DNA of 64,000 bases from assembly GCA_002470825.1 (NCBI GenBank), contig DKOR01000014.1, positions 7,021-71,020 on the forward strand, given 5' to 3'. Source of the DNA: Thiotrichaceae bacterium UBA7357. Lineage in GTDB: Bacteria; Pseudomonadota; Gammaproteobacteria; Eutrophobiales; Eutrophobiaceae. Of this stretch, positions 1-10,421 are shown one piece after another. A program made the position numbers and the translations under genes. Below the pieces are notes generated by a model. The model ran no database searches and had not been told where the DNA came from. It saw only the letters and a list, made by a program, of their open reading frames with translations. Positions within the stretch are counted from its first letter, which is position 1. The number at the start of each line of letters is the position of its first letter.

Positions 1-701
1 TTAAAATTTTATCGTTAAGCTCTATAGTAGAATATTCTGTTTTACTCCAAGCAGGCATGGCATCAACTAATTGTCCGGCAAAAGCAAGACCAAGTAGCAT
101 TAGTCTTGATGATGGCCATTCAAGAATTTTATTAGTATGCCAATATTGTAAGCAAACTCACTCTCAAGCTCGCTAATCTCATCATTTAATTCATTAACCA
201 GTCGATACAGTAACGCACCAATGGCACCAAGCATTAAAAACCAGAAGATAACAGCAAAAACACATTTATGTGATTCGACTAAGCTAGATTTAATTATAGC
301 AATCTCACTTGAATGATTTTCACTAAATTAGTGAGTTATTTATTAGATTTTCTTCTAATTCAGAAGCTACATCAATATCATTCTTGTCTACTGCGCTAAT
401 ATATTTATCCAAACGACTATCGAGATTTTTTGATGAGAGACAATAAATCAAGACAACGAGAGATATCATGACTTGTACGGTCGATGGCAATAAGGTGCTT
501 AGACATAACAGGATAATTAGTCCAGATAAAGCAATCGATAAAACAATCAACAAACCAAATATGCCATCCCAAAATTTGTATTGTGCCAACCGTTTCTCTA
601 AAGAATAATATAATATGGCGCACCATTGATAACTACGAAAGTGTTCTAATCCACTCAAAAAAAATCAAGCTAATAGCTATAATGATTATAACTAATGTCA
701 T
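1..701 (-). pseudogene. ampE: AmpE/CobD-CbiB-like membrane protein, broken by about three frameshifts and running off the window start
   Basis: ATG at 701 overlaps the ampD stop (ATGA). The reading MTLVIIIIAISLIF.. / SGLEHFRSYQW..NNSLI / SENHSS..VFAVIFWFLMLGAIGALLYRL / ILEWPSSRLMLLGLAFAG needs frame changes at homopolymers near 657-664, 325-327 and 127-130. Position next to ampD matches ampDE. Confidence 0.75.
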
Positions 702-1264
702 AATGTCAGTAAGGATAAATAATAGTTCTTATCGAAAGTTAGACCTGGATCAGTTTTACGCCCTGGCGCAATATCACTATGGCTAACGATATGATCTATT
801 GTTATCTTATTCCAGCGTTGACAAATCAGGTCTGTTATCTTGGCTAAATTATAGTATTGGATTTCACAATAAGCTTCTTCATTACAGCCTTCAAGCTCTA
901 TACCAATAGCAAAATCATTACATTGTTTACGACCATTGAAAGAAGATTCTCCGGCATGCCATGCACGTTTAGTAAAAGGAACATATTGTGTTACATTACC
1001 CTTACGATCAATTAACAGATGCGATGAGACACGTAATTCATAAACTTCAGCAAAATACGGATGAGCCTCGGGATTTAATGTATTAGTGAATAATTGATCA
1101 ATGAAACCACCCCCATACTCTTTAGGCGGCAGGCTTATACCATGGATAACCAAAAGACCGATACCTGATAAATCGGGACGTTCATCGTGATTTGGTGATT
1201 CTACAATACGTGCTCCAACCAACCATTCACCATCTTCATCAATCTGAAAGTCCACTCTCTTCAA
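698..1264 (-). CDS. ampD: 1,6-anhydro-N-acetylmuramyl-L-alanine amidase
   Basis: SPNHDERP, LLVIHGISLPP, VSSHLLIDR, RAWHAGES, CNDFAIGIELEG and HSDIAPGRKTDPG motifs. Confidence 0.95.
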   Translation of the reverse strand: MKRVDFQIDEDGEWLVGARIVESPNHDERPDLSGIGLLVIHGISLPPKEYGGGFIDQLFTNTLNPEAHPYFAEVYELRVSSHLLIDRKGNVTQYVPFTKRAWHAGESSFNGRKQCNDFAIGIELEGCNEEAYCEIQYYNLAKITDLICQRWNKITIDHIVSHSDIAPGRKTDPGLTFDKNYYLSLLTL

Positions 1265-1341
1265 TTTGAATACCTGTATTGCCTTGTTAAACTCATACGC
1301 TAAAATAACATAATCGTGAAGAATCTAAAGAGAGAATTATG

Positions 1342-2106
1342 ATGTGCCGACTAGCCGCCTATATTGGTGCCAAAATATCTTTATCCGTATTTTTGAAAGA
1401 GCATGAACATAACCTTATACAGCAATCATGGGCTCCTAAAGAAATGCAAAACGGCATATTAAATGCTGATGGCTATGGTATAGCATGGCTATCAGAAAAA
1501 AATATTCCCAGTAGCTATAAAAATATCCTGCCTATTTGGTCTGACACAAATTTGAATAGCCTCGCTCGCTCGCTTAGCAGTCAGTTATGGCTAGCAAATA
1601 TACGTGGTGCTACATTGGGTCAAGGAATTAGCGAGTCAAATACTCAACCCTTTATAAAAGATAGCTTTATTTTTACCCATAACGGTAGTCTAGAACCATT
1701 CAATGATCTTACTAAAGCAAACTTTTTAGATATATTACCGAGCACGATCATTACAGGAATAACGGGTAATTCAGATTCGCTTTATTTATTTGCTTTATTA
1801 CGACATCACTTAGAAAGGCAAGATTCAATATCTAATGCTATTATTTCAATGATGGATGATTTGAAGTCGATATGCCGTCATTCAATATCAGCTTTAGTAA
1901 ATATCATCATCAGTGACGGAAATTCATTATATGCCTGTCGGCATGCATTGAATGGTGAATGTCCAAGTCTTTATTATCTCTTTAATCAAGACAATGTTTG
2001 GATAGCATCAGAACCTCTTTCTCCAAACGATACTTGGGTGTCATTTCCTGAAAATAGTTTTATTCGTTTTAACCGAGCTGGTGTGATTGAAGAACATCAC
2101 TTATGA
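1342..2106 (+). CDS. egtC: EgtC-like class II glutamine amidotransferase (Ntn hydrolase)
   Basis: N-terminal M-C-R-L nucleophile, NADGYG, NTQPF, FTHNG, GNSDS, ASEPL; overlaps the EgtB-like gene (ATGA). Confidence 0.8.
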   Translation: MCRLAAYIGAKISLSVFLKEHEHNLIQQSWAPKEMQNGILNADGYGIAWLSEKNIPSSYKNILPIWSDTNLNSLARSLSSQLWLANIRGATLGQGISESNTQPFIKDSFIFTHNGSLEPFNDLTKANFLDILPSTIITGITGNSDSLYLFALLRHHLERQDSISNAIISMMDDLKSICRHSISALVNIIISDGNSLYACRHALNGECPSLYYLFNQDNVWIASEPLSPNDTWVSFPENSFIRFNRAGVIEEHHL

Positions 2107-3257
2107 AAAAGATGATTGCGACTTTTCGTTTATTACAAAATGAAGTCATTGATATTGTCAGTGATGTAACTGAAGAGCATTATAAGAAACAGTTCCATCC
2201 AGACTTGAGTCCAATTGGCTGGCACCTTGGTCATTGTGTTTTCACAGAAAGTTATTGGATAAAAGAACGATTATTAAAAAAGAAAGTCACGTATGACACT
2301 TTGAAGTCACTTTATATTCCTGAGTTAAGCATTAAGAAAAATCGTGGCGGCCCATTGCCAAAAAAAAGTAAAATGCTTTCATGGGCTAAAGATTTACAAA
2401 TAGAAAACTATACTTTACTAGACTTAGCGACTATTGAATTGGCCTCACATAAACTATTAAAAAATAATTTTTTAATACATTTTTTGATACAACACTACGC
2501 ACAACATATCGAAATCATAAAAATGGTTCTAACAGCAATACAAATCAAGAGAAATCACATTGATTTCAATTCATCAAAAATCTCAGAACCTAACCAACGA
2601 CAAAAAAAAATAATAACGGTTGAATCTAGTAACTATATTATAGGCCTTGAGGAAAATAATTTACCTTATGATAACGAAAAACCCCCTCACAGTATAAGAT
2701 TGGATAGCTTTAAAATATCAAGCTTACCAGTATCTAATGGTGAGTATTTAAGCTTCATGAATTCCGCAGCTTATTCAAAAAAAGAAATTTGGTCAGATGC
2801 TGGCTGGGAATGGTTTAGTAATGATAAGCAAGCACACCCATATCATTGGCATAAACATAAAAATGGATATTGGTATGGCGTAGGACATCAAGGTCCATAT
2901 ACACTAGACATACAACAAGCTGTTTATGGCTTAAACTATTTTGAAGCTGAGGCTATTGCAACATGGGCAGGAGGACGACTACCACATGAATACGAATGGG
3001 AAGTAGCGGCTAAAAATCATCAGTTAGAACAAAGGGGAGCTGTCTGGGAATGGTGTAGTAATGAATTTCATCCCTATGATGGATTTTTTTCTTATCCTTA
3101 TACCAACTATTCAGAACCCTATTTTGATGGTAAACATTACGTTTTAAAGGGTGGTAGTAAACATACAAAAACTCATATTAAACGAGCTAGTTTTCGTAAT
3201 TATTATCATGCAGATAAGCGTCATATTTTTGCAGGTTGTCGATTAGCTTATGACTGA
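2103..3257 (+). CDS. EgtB/SUMF1-family non-heme iron sulfoxide synthase-like protein (DinB-like + FGE-sulfatase domains)
   Basis: SPIGWHLGH, HxxxHxE iron motif (HYAQHIE), DNEKPPH, RLPHEYEWE, GAVWEW, VLKGGS, RASFRN. Confidence 0.8.
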   Translation: MKKMIATFRLLQNEVIDIVSDVTEEHYKKQFHPDLSPIGWHLGHCVFTESYWIKERLLKKKVTYDTLKSLYIPELSIKKNRGGPLPKKSKMLSWAKDLQIENYTLLDLATIELASHKLLKNNFLIHFLIQHYAQHIEIIKMVLTAIQIKRNHIDFNSSKISEPNQRQKKIITVESSNYIIGLEENNLPYDNEKPPHSIRLDSFKISSLPVSNGEYLSFMNSAAYSKKEIWSDAGWEWFSNDKQAHPYHWHKHKNGYWYGVGHQGPYTLDIQQAVYGLNYFEAEAIATWAGGRLPHEYEWEVAAKNHQLEQRGAVWEWCSNEFHPYDGFFSYPYTNYSEPYFDGKHYVLKGGSKHTKTHIKRASFRNYYHADKRHIFAGCRLAYD

Positions 3258-3658
3258 CCTATTGCTATATTAGTCACTTTAGCCTCCGAATATTTAAATA
3301 ATATACTGTTCATCAATTATCATTTCTATCATTATTCTTAAAAAAATTAGATTTTTCCGTTCTAGTAACTACGTTTTGTTCGTTGATATAATAGCAATAT
3401 ATGTGGCTAAATAGTAAGAACGAAAGTAAATGTCTCCCTTAACTAATTTAACTTTGAAATTACGGTATCAGAGAGTTTATTGTTACCATGGTACTTCACG
3501 TGAAAGAAAAAAATTCTTCTGAGCCTTAGCTTTTAAAAACATCTCAACTATTCAGAACAAAATGACTATTTCTTCATTCGACAATATTTAATAATAACGA
3601 TTAAACTAGCCTGACTTAAATCAATTTTTTATTATCTCAATAATATAAGAGTAACAGT

Positions 3659-5035
3659 ATGTCTTGGGTACACGATAAGTTAAATATAGTAAGCAGCATC
3701 ATTTGGGGGGAATATTTACTCATTCCTCTAATGGTATTTGTGGGCGTATATCTGACGATAGGACTTCGCGCTATGCCTTGGCTAAAAATACCTCTTGCAT
3801 TTCAAACGCTATGGCAAGGTCGAAAGAATTCATCTGAGAAAAAAGGTGATATCAGTCCATTTCAAGCTTTAATGACAGCCCTTTCAGCAACTGTAGGTAC
3901 AGGCAATATTGCTGGTGTTGCCACTGCGATTTATTTCGGAGGACCAGGCGCAATATTTTGGATGTGGGTCATTGCGATCTTTGGCATGGCGACAAAATAT
4001 GCTGAAGCTGTGCTCGCTGTAAGTTATAGAGAAAAAGATATGCTTGGCAATTATGTTGGCGGTCCTATGTACTATATACGTAACGGATTAGGTGACAACT
4101 GGAAATGGATGGCCGCTTCATTCGCTTTTTTTGCAATGATTGCAGCATTTGGCATTGGGAATATGGTTCAATCACATTCTGTGGCAGATGAAATTAAATC
4201 AAGCTTTAGTGTTCCTACTTGGTTTACGGGTACTATTATGGCAGCACTAACTGCCGTCGTAATTATAGGCGGAGTGAAACGTATTGCTCAAATAGCCTCA
4301 AAGGTTGTTCCTTTTATGGCAGCAATTTATATTATTGCTGCGCTAGCTATACTTTCCTTAAATATAGAAAAAATACCTGCTGCGTTTTTACTCATTGTTA
4401 ATAGCGCATTCACCGGCTCTGCCGCGAGTGGTGGTTTTTTGGGAGCATCAATCTGGATGGCTATACGCTGGGGCTTTGCTAGAGGTATTTTTTCCAACGA
4501 ATCTGGACTAGGTAGTGCACCAATTGCTCATGCTGCTGCCCAAACTAATGACCCGGTCAAACAAGGGATGGTGGCTATGTTAGGTACTTTTATTGACACT
4601 CTAATTCTATGTAGCCTTACAGCATTTGTCATCATTGTTACAGGCGCATGGGAAAGTGGACTACAGGGCGCGCCTATGACATCACTGGCATTTTCAATTG
4701 GTCTATATGGTTACGGTAATTATGTCGTTAGTTTTGGTCTGATCTTATTTGCCTTCACAACCATAATCGGTTGGAGTTACTATGGTGAAAGATGTGCAAG
4801 TTATCTGTTTGGAACATCGATTGTATTTTACTATCGAATTGTATGGATTTCAGCGATTTTCATTGGGGCAAATGTAAAGCTAGAAATTGTTTGGGCTTTT
4901 GCAGATGTTCTTAATGGATTAATGGCATTACCTAACCTTATAGCCCTGTTGTTGCTGAGCCCGATTGTCTTCAGCAAAACACGACAATATTTTAATAACA
5001 AAAATTCAAAATGGTCATTAATCAGAAAGATATAA
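3659..5035 (+). CDS. Sodium:alanine/glycine symporter (AgcS/AlsT family)
   Basis: ALSATVGTGNIAGVATAI, GGPGAIFWMW, GGPMYYI, RGIFSNESGLGSAPIAHA, WSYYGE; multi-TM. Confidence 0.93.
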   Translation: MSWVHDKLNIVSSIIWGEYLLIPLMVFVGVYLTIGLRAMPWLKIPLAFQTLWQGRKNSSEKKGDISPFQALMTALSATVGTGNIAGVATAIYFGGPGAIFWMWVIAIFGMATKYAEAVLAVSYREKDMLGNYVGGPMYYIRNGLGDNWKWMAASFAFFAMIAAFGIGNMVQSHSVADEIKSSFSVPTWFTGTIMAALTAVVIIGGVKRIAQIASKVVPFMAAIYIIAALAILSLNIEKIPAAFLLIVNSAFTGSAASGGFLGASIWMAIRWGFARGIFSNESGLGSAPIAHAAAQTNDPVKQGMVAMLGTFIDTLILCSLTAFVIIVTGAWESGLQGAPMTSLAFSIGLYGYGNYVVSFGLILFAFTTIIGWSYYGERCASYLFGTSIVFYYRIVWISAIFIGANVKLEIVWAFADVLNGLMALPNLIALLLLSPIVFSKTRQYFNNKNSKWSLIRKI

Positions 5036-5832
5036 GCGCAAATGTCACATTGGCATTGATCGAAGATGTTGGTAGTGGAGATATTACCGCAGAATTAATA
5101 CCAGAAGATGCCTCAGCTTCGGCAATACTAGTCACTCATGAACATGCCGTAGTTGCTGGTTCTCAATGGTTTGAGGAAGTATTTAATCAATTGCCTGGTA
5201 ATACGACAATAGATTGGAATGTTTCAGATGGAGATGTCATTACACCCGAACAGAAATTATGCACAATTAATGGTTCTGCACGCTCGCTTTTAACAGGTGA
5301 ACGAACCGCAATAAATTTTTTACAAACCATTTCTGCTACTGCAACAACAGTTGCGAGTTTTGTCGACATCATAAAAGATACTAAAACTAAAATATTAGAT
5401 ACACGAAAAACTATACCTGGCTTAAGGCTTGCTCAAAAGTATGCTGTTTCATGTGGTGGTGGCGCTAATCATCGTATTGGACTTTATGATGCTATTTTGA
5501 TTAAAGAAAATCATATAATGGCAGCGGGAAGTATTATGCAAGCAGTTATAAAAGCAAGAGAAAAAAAACTACCTGTAGAAGTAGAAGTTGAGTCCTTGAT
5601 TGAACTTGAAGAAGCATTAAAGGCGAAAGCAGACCAAATTTTATTAGATAATTTTGATCTGCCCTCATTAGAAGTAGCCGTAAATATAAATCAAGGACGT
5701 GCCAAACTTGAAGCTTCTGGCAATATAAATAAAGATAATCTCTATGACATTGCGAAAACTGGCATAGACTACATCTCTATTGGCGCATTAACCAAACACA
5801 TCCGAGCAATTGATTTTTCCATGCGCATGTAA
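5011..5832 (+). CDS. nadC: Nicotinate-nucleotide diphosphorylase (quinolinate phosphoribosyltransferase)
   Basis: EDVGSGDIT, LTGERTAINF, DTRKTIPGLR, HRIGLYD, IKENH, EVEVE, LLDNF, EASG. Confidence 0.96.
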   Translation: MVINQKDISANVTLALIEDVGSGDITAELIPEDASASAILVTHEHAVVAGSQWFEEVFNQLPGNTTIDWNVSDGDVITPEQKLCTINGSARSLLTGERTAINFLQTISATATTVASFVDIIKDTKTKILDTRKTIPGLRLAQKYAVSCGGGANHRIGLYDAILIKENHIMAAGSIMQAVIKAREKKLPVEVEVESLIELEEALKAKADQILLDNFDLPSLEVAVNINQGRAKLEASGNINKDNLYDIAKTGIDYISIGALTKHIRAIDFSMRM

Positions 5833-6146
5833 TATTTTTAGAAAAAAACTATTGTGCTGATGAATCACTATACATGTTTGTTTATAAAAAATATTCCATA
5901 CAATCTCAAAATCAACAATAAGCTTTTTATTAACGGTCGTAAAAAACATCAACCAATGAAGAAATAGAACACATATTATTAATAAAACTAGATATCTCAC
6001 GCCCAGCAATTTATTTTTGTAGTCATGTTCTATACTGAATTAATAAAAGGGTTAGATACTTAGGGGATATATGAGCAAAGATATTGATATATAGGAATAT
6101 AATGCAACATTATCTATTTATAATGTGAAATTCTAAAAAAAAAGTA

Positions 6147-6169
6147 AATACAGGAATTTTTCCCGTATT
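6147..6169. promoter_or_regulatory. Candidate operator palindrome upstream of the TonB-dependent receptor
   Basis: AATACAGGAA-TTT-TTCCCGTATT, a 10-3-10 inverted repeat with one mismatch, about 95 nt before the ATG. Confidence 0.4.
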
Positions 6170-6264
6170 ATTCATGACTAACACTCTTTTTTTAATGTAA
6201 TTAATTCGATACTGTTACAATCAAATGATAACCTCAATAAGGTTCTAAAAAATGAAAGACTCTA

Positions 6265-8673
6265 ATGTATAACAGCACTATTTTTAAAATTACTAACTTC
6301 ATGGTAACACTGTTTGTGTTAATAACATCACAAAATATATTTGCTGATGATAATATCCTAGATAAAGAAAGTGTTGAGGTTATAGGTATTACACCGACAC
6401 ATGGTGTCGGACTTCCTGAAGAATTAATTCCTTATAATGTCCAGTCGGCATCAAGTACTGATTTAGAGGCAAGTCAAACTCTCGACTTAACTGACTTTAT
6501 GAATCGGAACCTTGGCAGTGTTACTATCAATGATGCTCAAAATAACCCCTTACAATCGGATGTGTCATATCGTGGTTATTCATTGTCACCATTACTAGGC
6601 TTACCTCAAGGATTGGCAGTCTACCAAAATGGTGTGCGAGTTAATGAACCATTTGGTGATTCTATGAATTGGGATCTAGTCCCAGAATCATCTATAGCAA
6701 ATATTAATCTAATCGGTGGTGCTAACCCTGTCTTTGGTCTTAATGCATTAGGAGGATCACTCTCCATTACGACAAAAAATGGTTTTACCCATCCGGGGCA
6801 AAATATTGAAACTTATGGTGGTTCGTTTGAGCGTATCGTTTCAACTATTGAGTCCGGTGGTAATAACGGTAAATGGGGTTATTTTATCACCGCAAATTAC
6901 TTCGATGAGGATGGTTGGCGCGATGCTTCGCCATCTGATGCGTTAAATCTATTTGGTTCACTAAGCTATCGTGCAACAAAGACAACATTAGACTTATCGC
7001 TTAATCACGCGAATACAGATTTAATTGGCAATGGTTCATCGCCCGTAGAACTACTCGAACTTGATAGGGCAGCTGTGTTTACATCTCCTGATCAGACAGA
7101 GAATAAAATGACAATGGTTAATCTAGAGGGCACTCAGTGGGTCAACGATAGTATCCAATTAAGTGGAAATGCTTTTTATCGTAAAAATGAGACTGACAGT
7201 TTCAATGGCGATGGCTCAGAATTTACTGATTGTGGTGGTGGTGACGCCGGTTTTTTATGTGAAGAAGATGATCTTACTGAGCCAATAGAAGACCAGAACG
7301 GAAATAACATTGCCGAATCAGTTAACGGAATTGAACGTAACGCGATAAACAATATCAGTAATCGAGAACAAGAAGGTTTCGGTGCAAACCTACAAACGAG
7401 TTTTCTGAATGATTTATTTGGTCATAAAAATCAGTTGATTTTTGGCACCGGCTACCAACAAGGACTTATCGATTTCTTTTCGACCGTAGAAATTGCATCG
7501 CTTAACTGTACTGTTAATGGGGAAGATTGCACTCTTGCTAGTGCAGATCGAGGCACATCAAGAACATCTCTCTTTGTACCTGAAGAAGGCACAAGCATTA
7601 AAGCCCATAACCGTGCATGGTCAATCTATGCGACGGATACTTTTTTAGTAACGGATAAACTCGCAATCACTGCATCAGTTCGCTATAACAACTCACATAT
7701 AGTCTTGAGTGATAGGAGTAGTCAAAACAATCTCGTTGACCCCGAAGACCCAACAGCACTGAATGGTGAACATGATTTTGATCGTATCAATCCCGCATTT
7801 GGTATTACTTATAAATTTGACAATAACATAGGCGTTTATGGTAGCTATAGTGAATCAGCTCGGGCACCTACGCCGATTGAATTGTTATGTGCACGTGAAG
7901 ACGCTCCTTGTAATTTACCCAATGCATTTCTCGCTGATCCACCACTTGAACAAGTTGTCACCAAAAGTTATGAAGGTGGTGTCAGAGGCGCCTTAGGTAA
8001 TGGCATCAGCTATAGTATCAGTGCTTTTCATAGTACTAATAACGATGACATTATCTTTGGTTCAACGGGTGGCACAACATCAAGCAGAGGCTTCTTTAGG
8101 AATGTTGGTGATACAGAACGTGTTGGTACAGAGGTTGGTTTAAATGGGATATTCAACAAGAAATTAAATTGGTATCTCAATTACAGCTATGTTGATGCTT
8201 CTTTTCAAGATGCTTTTGTTGGAATTAGTGCGAATCATCCAAATGCGACTGATTTAAACGGTGATGGAGATGCAGATGAAATTCAGGTCGATTCAGGAGA
8301 CAGGATACCCGGTATACCTGAGCATACATTTAAGTTAGGCGGTTTATATAGCTTCACAGAAAAATTCTCCGTTGGTGCCAATATGATTTACAACTCTACT
8401 CAATTTCTGCGTGGTGATGAGAGCAATGAGCTGGGTTCTGTCGATGGTTATGCGATCGTCAATTTAAATAGTACTTATAAAATTAATAATACCTTTTCAA
8501 TATTTGCACGTGTTAATAATTTATTTGATACAAACTATGAAACATTTGGATTGTTGGGTGAAGCAGATGAAGTATTTGATGGTACGGGAGCAACGGGGGC
8601 ATTCACTAGTTCAGTATTCCAAGGTGCGGGCGCACCCATTAGTGCTTTCGTAGGTATTTCTGCTTCTTTTTAA
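6265..8673 (+). CDS. TonB-dependent outer-membrane receptor (resembles the LutH/LanA-like group)
   Basis: Signal peptide, TonB-box-like ESVEV, plug RG..SPLLGLPQGLAVYQNGVRVNEPFGD..FGLNALGG, C-terminal NNLFDTNY and terminal Phe. Confidence 0.9.
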   Translation: MYNSTIFKITNFMVTLFVLITSQNIFADDNILDKESVEVIGITPTHGVGLPEELIPYNVQSASSTDLEASQTLDLTDFMNRNLGSVTINDAQNNPLQSDVSYRGYSLSPLLGLPQGLAVYQNGVRVNEPFGDSMNWDLVPESSIANINLIGGANPVFGLNALGGSLSITTKNGFTHPGQNIETYGGSFERIVSTIESGGNNGKWGYFITANYFDEDGWRDASPSDALNLFGSLSYRATKTTLDLSLNHANTDLIGNGSSPVELLELDRAAVFTSPDQTENKMTMVNLEGTQWVNDSIQLSGNAFYRKNETDSFNGDGSEFTDCGGGDAGFLCEEDDLTEPIEDQNGNNIAESVNGIERNAINNISNREQEGFGANLQTSFLNDLFGHKNQLIFGTGYQQGLIDFFSTVEIASLNCTVNGEDCTLASADRGTSRTSLFVPEEGTSIKAHNRAWSIYATDTFLVTDKLAITASVRYNNSHIVLSDRSSQNNLVDPEDPTALNGEHDFDRINPAFGITYKFDNNIGVYGSYSESARAPTPIELLCAREDAPCNLPNAFLADPPLEQVVTKSYEGGVRGALGNGISYSISAFHSTNNDDIIFGSTGGTTSSRGFFRNVGDTERVGTEVGLNGIFNKKLNWYLNYSYVDASFQDAFVGISANHPNATDLNGDGDADEIQVDSGDRIPGIPEHTFKLGGLYSFTEKFSVGANMIYNSTQFLRGDESNELGSVDGYAIVNLNSTYKINNTFSIFARVNNLFDTNYETFGLLGEADEVFDGTGATGAFTSSVFQGAGAPISAFVGISASF

Positions 8674-8863
8674 AGATATGCCCTTAGCTTTGTTATCAAA
8701 AAAGGAGATTCTTATTTTAGGTTTGTCTTTTATTCTTATAAAGTATGATGTTTAATGTGATTTAACAACACTAAACTTTATCAATCCTTAAAAATAAAAG
8801 ATATTGAGGCTATATACGGCTCTTTATCGTATCCACAAGACTCGCCAATAAGTAGAGCTATTC

Positions 8864-10375
8864 ATGAGTAATCTATTCAAGCTTTTTGAAGAACGATTTC
8901 CAAAAGACTTATTACAATCTTTTATTGAAACTAAAGATGGAAAACAATATTGCTATCAAGATTTAATCAATCTTACTTCCAGCATCGCATCCACTCTGAG
9001 CAATGCGGGTATAAGTAAGAGCGATAGAATTATCTTTCAAGTAAACAAATCACCAGAAGCTATTTTTCTATATCTTGCTTGCATCAAAATTGGCGCAGTA
9101 GCAGTGCCTTTAAATTATGCTTACACGGCTTCAGAACTGTCCTATTTCTTAGATGATATAGAACCTAGCATGGTTATTTGTGACCCTGCTTCACCTATCA
9201 TCAAGGAGAAGCTTTTACAGAAAAAACATAACTCAATTCTATTGACACTAAATAAGCATGGCAAGGGGACGCTATTTAATGATAATAATGCAAGTAATTT
9301 CGTACAAACAGCTGATGTTGTTGGAGATGATGTTGCTTGCATACTTTATACGAGTGGTACAACTGGGAAACCTAAAGGAGCAATGATCACTCATGAGAAT
9401 CTATCTTCAAATGCAATAGCGATACATAAAAGCTGGGAGTTTAATAGTGATGATATCTTATTACATGCTTTGCCTATTTTTCATGTACATGGGCTTTTTG
9501 TAGCACTGAACAGTGTACTACTTAGTGGGGCAACTATGATTTTCTTAGCTGAATTTAATGTTGATGACATTATTAAATTCTTACCTCGAACTACCGTATT
9601 AATGGGTGTACCTACATTTTACACACGCTTACTCGCCCATGCTGAACTCAATGATAAGATCATAAAGAATATACGTTTATTTATCTCAGGCTCGGCTCCA
9701 CTGCTTAAAGAAGTTTCCGACAAATTTTATAAAAAAACAGGACACAGAATTCTAGAACGCTATGGTATGACAGAAACTATAATGATCGCGTCTAATCCAT
9801 TAAATGAAGAACGCATACCTGGAACTGTAGGACAAGCTCTACCTAATATTTCAGTAAAAATTACTACTGAGGATGACAAAACTCTTGAAACTGGATTAAC
9901 CGGAAACATACAAGTAGCAGGACCGAATGTATTCAAGGGCTATTGGAAGAATCCTGTAAAAACGCAACGAGAATTTACCAAAGATGGTTTTTTTAAAACC
10001 GGTGATATCGGTTTTAAAAATGTAAACGGCTATTTAACAATAGTAGGCCGTTCAAAAGATTTAATAATTTCTGGAGGTTATAATGTTTACCCAAAGGAAA
10101 TAGAAAATATTATAAATACCTTGGATGGTATTAATGAGTCAGCGGTAATTGGTATACCACACCCAGATTTTGGAGAGGGAGTTATTGCTATTATTGTTAA
10201 GGAGAAGAATAATAAATTCGATGAATTAAATCTAAAAAAAATTCTCAAAAAAAAGTTGGCTACTTACAAAGTACCGAAAAGAATTTTTGATGTTAGTCAG
10301 TTACCTCATAATATCATGGGTAAGGTTCAGAAGAATAGCTTACGAGAAAAATATAGACATATATTTGATGAATAG
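8864..10375 (+). CDS. matB: Malonyl-CoA synthetase-like acyl-CoA ligase
   Basis: YTSGTTGKPKG, HALPIFHVHGLFVA, MGVPTFYTRL, ERYGMTE, GRSKDLIISGGYNVYPKEIE, MGKVQK. Confidence 0.85.
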   Translation: MSNLFKLFEERFPKDLLQSFIETKDGKQYCYQDLINLTSSIASTLSNAGISKSDRIIFQVNKSPEAIFLYLACIKIGAVAVPLNYAYTASELSYFLDDIEPSMVICDPASPIIKEKLLQKKHNSILLTLNKHGKGTLFNDNNASNFVQTADVVGDDVACILYTSGTTGKPKGAMITHENLSSNAIAIHKSWEFNSDDILLHALPIFHVHGLFVALNSVLLSGATMIFLAEFNVDDIIKFLPRTTVLMGVPTFYTRLLAHAELNDKIIKNIRLFISGSAPLLKEVSDKFYKKTGHRILERYGMTETIMIASNPLNEERIPGTVGQALPNISVKITTEDDKTLETGLTGNIQVAGPNVFKGYWKNPVKTQREFTKDGFFKTGDIGFKNVNGYLTIVGRSKDLIISGGYNVYPKEIENIINTLDGINESAVIGIPHPDFGEGVIAIIVKEKNNKFDELNLKKILKKKLATYKVPKRIFDVSQLPHNIMGKVQKNSLREKYRHIFDE

Positions 10376-10421
10376 GTGATATTAATTGATTAGAGATATT
10401 ATTTTATTTATAGTACTAAAA

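Noticed and set aside
3258-3658. Glycine riboswitch upstream of the alanine/glycine symporter
   Set aside because: Expected from context, but the GGAGA..CCGAAG..CTCTCAGG core cannot be found; only faint AT-rich resemblance
6099-6113. ATAATGCAACATTAT as a Fur box
   Set aside because: 6-3-6 spacing does not fit the 19-bp Fur box; AT-rich palindromes are common here
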